A stretch of 64,000 bases of DNA, taken from assembly GCA_033442325.1 (NCBI GenBank), contig JAWQFM010000002.1, positions 980,700 through 1,044,699 on the forward strand, read 5' to 3'. The position numbers and the translations under genes are program-made. The notes below the pieces were generated by a model, which saw only the letters and a list, made by a program, of their open reading frames with translations, made no database searches and had not been told where the DNA came from. This document shows positions 1-27,061 of the stretch, one piece after another (the stretch's first letter is position 1; every line of letters starts with the position of its first letter). This DNA is from Salpingoeca rosetta. Taxonomy: Eukaryota > Protista > Choanoflagellata.

Positions 1-467
1 TGTGGCGCTGCGTGGACCTGCATGCGCTCTAATGTGCCGTATGTGCCATGGCAATGTGCTGTGCTGTGCTGTGCTGTGCTGGTTGTGGCCAGCACTTGTT
101 TCAACACAATTGCGTGTGCAAGTCAGTACACAATTTGTATGCTCAAACCGCCCGCCCGCCGCCACTGGCGCAGGCCTCGCTACTATCACACGCACACAGT
201 CACACAAAAAGGCAAGGCGAACATGGCAAAGAGGGGATTGACAACAAGCGCAGCTGCACGACAAACTAACAAGAGAAAAATGAACAGCGGCAAGCCATAG
301 GCGCAATGAGCAGCAGCAGCAGCAGCGATGAAGAGTGCAAGCAGCAAACAAGCAAGTGAGTAGGACAAACAGACAGACGCCTGATCGCAAGATGAACGTG
401 ATAATGCTGCTCGTGCTGCTGATGATGCTGCTGATGATGATGGTGACTGAAACATGAACGTGTGCAA

Positions 468-888
468 TTACTCGTATGTCTTCTTGATCTTGTTTCCGTC
501 CAAGGAGAACCTGAACCCACAACATGCAAACAAGACAAGAGATTAGGAGGGGGATTAGTGGAACATGTGCACAGAGAGGGAGAGAGAGGCGGGATAACAC
601 AGTGTGTGCATGTGTTGTGTGTGCGTGTGTTGTGTGTGCGTGTGTGTGCGTGCATGTGTTGCGTGCATGTGTTGTGTGTGCGTGTGTGTAAGTGTAGGTG
701 TATCGGCGTGTGTTGCGTGAGAACTCCTCCGACTTGTAAAACTCTGTGAGGTCATGAATGTCCAGATGCCGCGCCTGGTCGAACAGCAAGCAAATTATGT
801 ACGAGTGAGCGCGCTTCCTGTCGACAGTACACAGCAAAATAGCACCAGCACCAGCACCAGCATCTCCACCGCTGCAGTTGCTGCTGCA

Positions 889-927
<39 letters not shown>

Positions 928-2811
928 ATCCCAATCCCACCGTTCCAACACACACACACACACACACACACAGACACATACGCGGACACACATACACATA
1001 CACACACACACACACAGACATGCATACGCACACGCACACACGTCACAATCCAAACGCAGCAGCTGCAGCTGCACATGCGGCAACGCACCCTTGCTTGGAA
1101 CTCGTCCTGGTCAATCTCAATGACTTCGGGAATGTCCTGGTTGTAGCGCGTCTGGTGGAACGACAGTGTCTCCTGGTGAAGATTCAACAGCAGGAACATC
1201 AGCAGCTCGTTGTTGTCCTTCTTGTACGTGATGTACTTCTGGAACTTTCGCCGCATGTTCTTCATCACGCTGAACTTCTGCGACTCAATGAAGCTGGTGA
1301 GGGTGACGCGGATCGCCATGTCGACGTCGTCCTGGCGCACGTAGTCCCGCAGATGCATGCGCGCGTGTGCCTCTGCAATGCGAATCATCGACTCAATGTG
1401 GCGCACGGTGATGGGCACGCTGCCCGTGAGTTGGGACTCCCGTCGCAGCTCGCCATACAGCTTGGCAATCTTGTCCTGATCCATTTGCTGCAGCTTCGGG
1501 TGCACGGTGCGCTTGGCATATTGGATGTACTTGCGAAGCATCTCCTGCGACAGGCTCCCGCCGTCGCTCGTCCCGTTCAGCCCATCCGCAGACTCGTCCA
1601 TCGCCTGTCAATAGTGAAAGGGGGGAGGGGGGGGGCGGTTGAGGTGAGTTGGTTGGTTGGGGGTTGGGTTGAGGGTTGGGATGACGGTAGTGAACACTGC
1701 AGGATTTGCAAAGTCTTCAGCGCGTCACACGAGCCCGCTTGTATCACTGACACACACACATATGCACTGCACAAATACAAGTACACACACACAGACAAAC
1801 ACAAACAAACAAACAAACATACATACAGGCAGGCAGGCACACACACACACATACAAAACCACCCGCCAATCACGCAAACAGACGACGCACGTTGCTTGCT
1901 GGGTGGCTCTTGATGTGGCTGTTAACAACAAAGGAGGCCAGGCGCTCGTCCTTGACGGCGTCCACCACATCCTTCACCACGCACAAAATGTCAAAACGCG
2001 AGAGAATGGGTTCAGTCAGGTCCACGTTCTGGGCAAACGTCTTGCCCGGCTGGTAGCGGCCCTTGATGGGGTTGGCGGCGGCCATGACAGAGCACCGCGC
2101 CTGCAGCGTCGTCACAATGCCGGCCTTGGACACGGAGATGCTCTGCTGCTCCATGGCCTCGTGGATACTCGTGCGGTCCTGGTCAGACATCTTGTCAAAC
2201 TCGTCAATGAGGCACACGCCCTGGTCCGCCAACACGAGCGCGCCGCCCTGCAGCGTCCACTCCCGCGTGACGGGATCGCGGCTCACAGACGCCGTGAGAC
2301 CAACAGCAGATGCACCTTGTCCTGTCGTAAACACCGCGCGGTGCGCCGTCTTCTCCACATACTTGAGAAACTGCGACTTGGCCGTGCCAGGGTCGCCAAG
2401 CAGCAGCACGTTGATGTCCCCGCGCACGCGGTGCTTGCCGCCCGGGTTCTTTGGCTCGCCGCCAAACATGGCGAGGGCAATGGCGGTCTTGATGTCGTCG
2501 TGGCCGTAGATGGAGGGGGCGATGCTGCGGATGACCTTGGCGCCAATGTTCTCGTCCTCCGCAAGCTGCCGGATGCGCTTGATGTCGTCGTCGCTCAGCT
2601 CGTCCTGCAGTGGCACAGCGGTCACGGTGGTGTGTGTGTATGTGTGTGTGTGTGTGCGCGCGCGCGTGTGTGTGTGTGTGGAATGTGTGTGTATTCGGAG
2701 TGTGGCGTGTTGCAGTGAGTTGAGAGGGATGTGAGAACAGCAAGACAAGAGTTCGCAGGGTCCTTGCAATAGGGGAGGAACAAAGGATCGCAGCTGACAC
2801 AAGCGAACAGG

Positions 2812-2848
<37 letters not shown>

Positions 2849-5596
2849 ACACCAACAAACAAAAGAATCAGCATGAGTGCGTACCGTGGAGAGCTTGTCG
2901 GCCTTCTTCTCAATGTAGTTTGCTTCGATGACGGTTGAGAACACAGGAAAGCCGTGCTTGGAGTTGAGGGACTTGTCAAAGTTGTTGCGGTAGATGCCCG
3001 TCACCTCAACTTCGTCGCCAGGCTGACGACAGTGTCGTCGTACCAGGGCAAGAGCACGGGGAGAAACAGGTGGCAGTGGTGGGAACATGGTGAGACGAGG
3101 GAAAAACAGAAGGGGAGCAGCACCACAGGTAGGCAGGTGAGCAAACACAGACATACAGACACAGACACACACAGGCACACACACACACACAGCCAGACAG
3201 ACAGACAGACACATACAACCGTGGTGAGACAAGTAGGAAGCAGGTGTAGGAAGCAGGTGTAGGAAGCAGGTGTAGGAAGCAGGTGAGACAACAGCAGTAC
3301 CTTGACAAAGTCGACGTAATCCCAGAGGAGGATGACGTCCTTCTGGCGCGGGAGGCGGCCCGGCGGAACGGACCCGGGCGACTCCTGGATTGTGATGCGC
3401 TGGTAGTTGCGGTACACCGTCTCCTCCGTGTTCACCCTGTCCGTGCGACAAGATGCAACGCAATGGTCGAGGATTTTTGAGTGAGTGAGTGAGTGAGTGA
3501 GTGAGTGAGTGAGTGAGTGAGTGAGTGAGTGTGTGAGTGAGTGAGTGAGTGAGTGAGTGAGTGAGTGAGTGAGTGAGTGGGTGAGCAAACGATACCACAC
3601 ATTCATGCATCCCCACACAAACGCAAGGCAGGGACAACACATCAGAACATGGACTGACGAGAACGGGCCGCGGGATTGGCAAGTTGGGCAGTTGGCGACG
3701 GAGGTTTCGGTGATTGTGTCCTGTGCAACGGGGCCAATCGGAGACTTGCACTTTTCGCAAGTGTACTTCACAAGCTACACACATGCACATACAAGTGGCA
3801 AGCGCAGGGCAACAAACAATGCATGTGAGGGTGGAGGGTGGGGGGTGGGGCGTTAATGAGCAATTTCAACTCCCCTGTCCAGGATGACAAACCACACACT
3901 TTTCTCACAAACACGACAGCCGGACAGACACAGACAGACACAGATCGGCAGACAGCCATTGCGGCGTGCAGTGGGTGGAGGAACGGCACCTTGAGCTGTG
4001 GGAAGACGCCTGTGCGGCGGGTGACGACACCCTGCAGCTTGACCAGTGCATTGAGATGTGTTTGGCGAATGTCGCGGATGGCATCAAGCACAGGCAGCGC
4101 TCCAATGCGCACGTGGATGTCACTCTTGATGCGGTCGTAGTCTGCAGTCGAGACGGTGGCAGTGGTGGTGAGGGTGAGTGTGTGAGTGTGCCCCAGGCTG
4201 TTGGGTGAGTGGGTCGAGATCCGATAGTGTGTGTGCACTGGAGCACGGGCGGCCAAACGCATACCCACAGCACGAACACATCAACAAACAAACAAAACAA
4301 ACACACACACACATACACACACATACACACACGCAGGCAGACAGCGTTGTACGGACTTTGGAAATTGTTCGAGGAGACGTCATGGCAGCGCGTCGAGATT
4401 CTCGATGTTTTCCGTCGTGCATCCGCAACGAAGATTGCAATCGCAGGCAGATGGTTGCACAAGGTCAATGTAGCTGCAAGCCGTATGCGTGAAGGGGATG
4501 GCTGTGAGGCGGCGAGATGATGGACATGGACGCACGTGTATGTATTGGTTTGTGTGTGCGAGCGTGTGTGTATATGTGCGAGCGAGCGCAAGCATGTGGG
4601 CTTGCAAATGCGAGAAAGCTTGCACAGCTACGTGCGTGCGTGTCTGCGTGCTCACCTGACAATGAGTGATTCGCCGTTTGCTTCGCACATGTCGCGAATG
4701 CGCTTGCCGTAGATTGACTTGCCCTGCGGTGGACAGCAGACGCGAACATAGATGGCGCGGCATGTGAGCATTGGTGGGGCAGGGGTGAGGGCAGGAGCGT
4801 GACAGCACAGACAGCTCGTCATGGTGACCTGTAGCCCCAGGTGAGTCACGTGCACACACGTACACACGTGCACACACGTGCACACACGTGCACACACGTG
4901 CACACACGTGCACACACGTATACACACGTACACACACGTATACACACACATGTGCACTACGTACGTGGTCGTCTGTGGCTGTGCGGAGGAAGTTCTTGAA
5001 GCGGTTGTAGATTTCACGCTGTGTCGGGCGCATTGTGATCCACTCCCGCAGCGTGTGGCCTGCAAACGTGACGGAACATGCACACATGCTGTGAGCAACA
5101 GCAAACGGTGCAGAAGACTCAGCTCTGCCCCAGCAAACGCACACATGTGCACTTATCCACACACACACACACACACACACACATATGCACCTTTGCGATC
5201 CTCGAGGTTCTCGATGATGGTCTCGTCCTCAGCCTGGGGCAAAGCAGACAGGGAAGCAAGGAGGTGCGGTGAGCACACAACGCTACGGCCAGCAAATGGG
5301 GGGAGAAGAAACTCAGAGCGAGGAGAGGCAAGACAGTGAAGCGAAGCCTCAGCAGGCGTGCGCGTACATAGTCCTGGTCCTCCTGGAACTCCGTGTCCTC
5401 TTCGCCCTCGGCTGTACGTGCGGATCGCTCAGCAATACGGCGGCGGCGACGCGGCAGCTCGCCAGTGTCTTCCTCCTCATCATCTACAGAGACAAAAAGT
5501 GATGCGACGGGGTTGGAAGCGGGGACAAAAGGTGTCAGTTACAGGACAGGGTTGGAGATTATGAGTGGCGGGTGCACAAATGTGTGTATGGTGTGC

Positions 5597-5635
<39 letters not shown>

Positions 5636-6903
5636 TGTGTGTGTGTGTGTGTGAGCGTGTGCGTGCGTGCATTGCATGCGATTTGCTTCTGTGGTGATGG
5701 GGGTTGTGTGTGTGTGTCGATGTGATGTGTTACCACGCACCACCAAAGCCAAGGCCTGCGGGAAGGCGTGTTTTGCCGCGAACGCGCATGGCCTCATCTG
5801 CGTCGCGCTTGGCAAGCTGGCGCTCCACCCGCGCACGGGCGTTCTGTCAAGCATAACACACGCAAGCATTTGACAGGAACGGAATAGCGGGTTGAGAAGA
5901 CAAGGACGTACAACAAGCACATGATTCAAGCACTCTGCTGAGTGTGAGTGTGAGTGTGAGTGTGAGTGTGAGTGTGAGTGTGAGTGTGAGTGTGAGTGTG
6001 AGTGTGAGTGTGAGTGTGAGTGTGAGTGTGAGTGTGAGTGTGAGTGTGAGTGTGAGTGTGAGTGTGAGTGTGAGTGTGAGTGTGAGTGTGAGTGTGAGTG
6101 TGAGTGTGAGTGTGAGTGTGAGTGTGAGTGTGAGTGTGAGTGTGAGTGTGAGTGTGAGTGTGAGTGTGAGTGTGAGTGTGAGTGTGAGTGTGAGTGTGAG
6201 TGTGAGTGTGAGTGTGAGTGTGAGTGTGAGTGTGAGTGTGAGTGTGAGTGTGAGTGAGCTCTCACCAGTGACAGCTCGCGCTGCTCTGACTCGTCGAGCA
6301 TGTTCGGGTCGTAGGTATCCAACTGGGGAATCACACGGTAATCGCTGTCCAGCGAACGAATGGTACAGATCACACGGCACAGGTGAAATTGTGTGAGGCA
6401 CGTGAGAGGGAGGCATGCAGTTAGTAAGGGCAACGGTCGGCCACTGCGCAGCTTGAGCAGCAACTGCACCGCCACCAACGGCAACACCATCACCAGCAAC
6501 ACCGTGACCAGCACTAGGCAAACCCATAGGCCTACCGAGCCATGTCATCTCCAAACAGCTCCTCTCCCTCTTCCTCTTCCTCGACGTCCTCGCCAGCTTG
6601 CTGCTGCTGCAGATCCTCTGTCTCATCATCGTAGCGGTATCCTGAGTGTGTGATGTGTTTGTGGAAGAGAGCAAGTGAGACAAGAGAGCAGCAGACGTCA
6701 AAAACGGGGAGGTGCGCGTGCGTGTGCGTGTGCTCATGTGTGTTTGCAGAGATGCACACGCACGCACACAGACAGGCAGACAGACAGACCCACACGCACC
6801 CCCCCCCTACACGCATGCACACACGCACGCACACACCTTCACTGAATGGAGGAGAGGATGGACGCTCCCCAGGGGAGCTGGGTGGGTTGGACGAATCAGC
6901 CAT
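468..6903 (-). CDS. MCM2: DNA replication licensing factor MCM2 (multi-exon)
   Basis: ATG 6903. Exons approx 6903-6837, 6641-6536, 6344-6266, 5843-5741, 5483-5369, 5233-5191, 5059-4965, 4723-4656, ~4473-4357 (disrupted), 4141-3990, 3774-3659, 3436-3301, 3022-2885, 2604-1891, 1604-1089, 774-~705, 510-468 (TAA). Motifs: MCM2-type N-terminal [23 protein letters not shown], Zn finger [22 protein letters not shown], Walker A GDPGTAKS, Walker B IDEFDKM, Arg finger [15 protein letters not shown]. Confidence 0.96.
3479..3583. repeat. (GAGT)n tetranucleotide microsatellite in MCM2 intron
   Basis: Near-perfect gagt array directly visible. Confidence 0.95.
4848..4950. repeat. 10-bp tandem repeat (CACACACGTG)n, MCM2 intron
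   Basis: About 9-10 units of cacacacgtg/cacacacgta. Confidence 0.9.
5939..6257. repeat. Perfect (GAGTGT)n hexamer array, ~52 copies, MCM2 intron
   Basis: Uninterrupted repeat. It generates the spurious HSHS/LTLT/SVSV ORFs. Confidence 0.97.
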
Positions 6904-7286
6904 CGTTCTTGTATGTGTGTATGTGTGTGTATGTATGTGTGTGTTTGGGCAGCCGTTTGCTCCTTTGTGTTGTCTCTCGTCTTCTCGTCCTTCTTCTGCT
7001 CGTCCTTCTTCTGCTTCTGCAATGAGACTTGCCGCACAACAAAGGATCTGCTCGCTTTGTGTGGTGTGGTGTGGTGTGTGTCACTGACTTGCACTGCTGC
7101 AGGCAGCTGTTTTGTGTTCGAGTTCCCGCCAAATTTTGTGCGCACGTTGAACCCACCGTGGTCGCCGTGGTGGATAGCATAGTTCTTGCTACGTCTCGTG
7201 CTAACATAAGGTTTTCCCCAATTGCACAATCTAGTTGCTGTGGGAGAAAACCGACGAGCACACACAAACAACACAACAGAGCGACG
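6904..7286. promoter_or_regulatory. Putative bidirectional promoter MCM2/myosin V with E2F-like site (TTTGGCGGGAA on - strand, 7123-7133)
   Basis: 383 bp between divergent ATGs. TTCCCGCCAAA on + matches the E2F consensus, and MCM genes are classic E2F targets in animals and plants. Confidence 0.55.
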
Positions 7287-18252
<10,966 letters not shown>

Positions 18253-18666
18253 CTCGACCACGTTTTCCCGTAGCTTGGCTGTGTTGTGTTGTGCTGTTGT
18301 GTTGTGTTGTGTGTGTGTGTGTGTGTGTGCATGTGTGGTGGGAGAGACAGGCACTTTGCAAACACTTAGGATCATCGTTTCTCTTGGTTCCTTTTGTTTC
18401 TTTCTGTGTTTTTGGTTTTGTCTCATTCGCGGCTGTTGTTTTGGTCCTGCTTCGCTGTGCCGTCTCGCAGCGCCACCGTTCTCGCGAGTACAGCCGGGCA
18501 TGTATTGGCCGCACTCACAACCACTCAAAAGAGAGGGCTTGAAGCAGCACGTAACGCGCAATCAAAGCACATTGCAATGAAGTGGGGGGCGGGGAAAGGC
18601 AAACGATGCACGGATCATGTGTGTGTGTGTATGTGTGTGTGTGTATGTGTGTGTGTGTGTGTGTGC

Positions 18667-18729
<63 letters not shown>

Positions 18730-18737
18730 GTCTTCGT

Positions 18738-20010
18738 CTAGTTTGCGCCGGCACCGCTCGGGAGGGAGGAGTCGCGATTGGGTGGGGCCTCCATGGAATT
18801 GACAATGAGGTAGTCTGTGAGAGATGGGAAGAAGGCGCGCAGATAGGGGATGGGCGTCACTTCCAGACGCGGGAAATAGACCTCTCGCTGCTTCCTCAGC
18901 GCCCCCTGCATGAGTGAATTAATGGATGGCGCAGTGAGCGAGCGAGCGAGTGCGTGGGGTAAGGTGAGGCGGAGAAGCTGTTTAGAGGGACGCATGCTGT
19001 AGCGTTTTCTCGGTGATAGCGTAGATACATTACACATACACACATACATACATACATACATACATACATACATACATACATACATACATACATACATACA
19101 CATACATGCATGCATTCATACATGCATACACACACACAAACATACATACATGCATACATACATACATACATACATACATACATACATACATACATACATA
19201 CATACATACATACATACATCCATAGACACAACGACATGCGTTAAGTCACACATGGATACACCCTGACCGTGACAATGGCAAGCGCGGTGTCGTCTGGAGA
19301 GGCGCGTGTTGGGTGGCGCACTTTTCCTGCGGTGACGCGCTTTGCCGACTCTGTGTCAATGTTCCCAATGACGCAGGTGGTGATGCTCATCTTGGAGGAC
19401 GGGTGGGTCATGTACACCTCCAGGCGCAGCGAATCAAAGAAGCCGTGCAGGGCGTGCTTGGATGCAGAGTAGACGGCCGCATACGGTACGCCAATCTTCC
19501 CTGCCGCTGACGACACGGCAACCAGGGTGGCGTCGCGGGCGATGAGCTCCTGAAGCAGCAACTTGGTGATGGTGATGTAGGAGTACAGGTCGACGTCCAC
19601 AACCTCGCGCAGCGTCTTCAAATCCGTGTCCTCGAACAACTGGAAGTACGGCTTGATGTGGTTGAGCTGTAGCAGCATTGCGGAATGGATGAAGAGTGGC
19701 ACCGGCATTGCAAGACACAACACGTGGGGGGTGAGGGAGGGAGGGAGGGATGGAGGGAGCAGGAGTGGGGTGGACGGTTGGCTGTGCATGCGAATTGCTC
19801 AAGCTGTGGGCTGCACGAACTGCGCACGTACAAATGAGTGTATCCACACATGCACGTGCGCACGCACAAATGAGTGTATCCACACATGCACGTGCGCACG
19901 CATGCACACACACACGCGCGCGCACGCACAATAAGGAACATACACACATACACATACACACACGAAAACACGCGCGCGCACACACACGCACATACACACA
20001 CACATACACG

Positions 20011-20050
<40 letters not shown>

Positions 20051-20803
20051 TACACACACGCACACACGCACACACGCACATCTACAACGCACCACGACAA
20101 TGTCAAAGGGCCCGACGAGCTGTTTGCTCTTGGCAATGAGCTGCGTCACTTGGTCGAGGNNNNNNNNNNNNNNNNNNNNNNNNNNNNNNNNNNNNNNNNN
20201 NNNNNNNNNNNNNNNNNNNNNNNNNNNNNNNNNNNNNNNNNNNNNNNNNNNNNNNNNNNTTTCTTGTTTCCTCTTATTCATGTGACCTATGACGACGGTG
20301 GTTATCTGGTTATATAATGGCTTTTCCGCATGCTTTGACTGCTGATGGTGTGTGTTCTGATTGTTTTTTTGCTATTTTTTGCATCTGATCTGCGTCGACT
20401 GTGTGAGTTCCCTTCATATTCATTACATGTTACTTGATCTGCTCAGTTATCTAGTATTGGCGTATTTCGCTTCGATTTGCTATTCTTAGTTCTGTACGGT
20501 TACCTACATATGCGCCTTTCCCTCATCATCTGCCCTATTCTTCTTTGCCCAACCTCAGCATCGTCACTCGATGTCTTTAGTCTATGTTGCTTACTAGCAG
20601 TATAGGTGTGTCAATCCGTTTCTTTTTTGCTTCTTCTTATTTAGTGCGTTATTAACATTTGTGGTAGTTTAGGTTTGGTTTTTGTGCGACGTAGAGTGCT
20701 GATAAGAGGTAGAGTTCGGGAGAGAGGTAGAGGCAGACACACATACTCATAGAGACATATCCACAGCCACACACACACACACAGAGCAAACACACACACA
20801 CAG

Positions 20804-20872
<69 letters not shown>

Positions 20873-21023
20873 CAAACACACCAATGCCGACGCTGCCACC
20901 GCAGACAAGAACGCTCTTGCCACGAAGCGAAGCGAGGGATTGCTGGCGAGAGGGCTGCATCTGCAGCACAGCCACCGCGGCAACAGCCACCAACACCCCC
21001 ACCACAACCCGAAAGGACACCAT
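18738..21023 (-). CDS. Short-chain dehydrogenase/reductase, 11-beta-hydroxysteroid dehydrogenase 1-like, with N-terminal membrane anchor (interrupted by gap)
   Basis: Exons 21023-20882 (hydrophobic MVSFRVVVGVLVAVAAVAVL, Rossmann CGGSVGIG), gap, ~20158-20093, 19666-19268, 18905-18738 (TAG). FDIVVLNHI resembles the LILNHI signature of HSD11B1/HSD11B1L. Also catalytic VSS..GK, YSASK, ALHGFFDSLR and ITTCVIGNIDTESA. Confidence 0.85.
19030..19220. repeat. (TACA)n microsatellite in SDR intron
   Basis: Visible tetranucleotide array. Confidence 0.93.
20160..20259. other. Assembly gap (100 N)
   Basis: N run. It probably hides part of the SDR coding sequence. Confidence 0.99.
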
Positions 21024-21098
21024 CGTCACCGCTGTTGTTGTTTGCAGTGAACGGCTGTGACATGTGATTAATTGACCATCGAATCCAAAACAACGACG

Positions 21099-26326
<5,228 letters not shown>

Positions 26327-26333
26327 GAGCACT

Positions 26334-26390
<57 letters not shown>

Positions 26391-27061
26391 CATGTGTGCA
26401 TGTGTGTGTGTGTGTGCATGTGTGTGTGTGTTTGCGCGTTTGTATGTGAAATTGCACATGCATGTACGGGTGTGGTTCATTCTCACAAGTCTGCGTGTGC
26501 ATATGCCTTTCACCTCTGCCCCCCCCCACCACCCCTCAACTGAACCCCCCTCTTCGCCTTTGCCTCTGCTTGCTGTTTGTTTGGTCCCCTTTCTTTGTTG
26601 TTTCGTGACTGTGTACTAAGCGCGTCGACGCGAACGCAGCGTTGCTGTCGTTGTTGTTGAGTGTACAGAAAAATAAAGGGCGACAATGAAAATCAATTTC
26701 AACAGAAGCAAGCAACAAGGGTCTTATGGTTGTGAGTGTGGGGGAAAGTGTACAAAACAGGCATGGTATGCTTTCTATGCGCGACTGGCGATGCGCAGGC
26801 AACTAAACGGAAAAAGAGGGGAAGAGGAGGCAGGGGGGGGAAGGAAAGTAAAACTGAAATCATGGGATTCACGGAATCTGCGAAATGAAAGAAAGGAAAG
26901 AAAGCGATAGGCCGAGGAACCAAGGAAGGAAGAAAGGAAGGAAGGAGTAGGAAGGAGTAGGAAGGAAAGGAACCAACCAACTCATGCCAACCAACTCATG
27001 TCAACCAGCTTACGTCAACCAACTCATTGTCTTCCTCACATGCAGCGACGCGAAGATGCCA

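Noticed and set aside
4848-4950. Cluster of Myc/Max E-boxes (CACGTG)
   Set aside because: By-product of a CA/TG-derived 10-mer repeat. CACGTG is common throughout these introns.
5939-6257. Interstitial telomere
   Set aside because: GAGTGT lacks the G-run of TTAGGG-type repeats and fits the local TG/GA microsatellite family.
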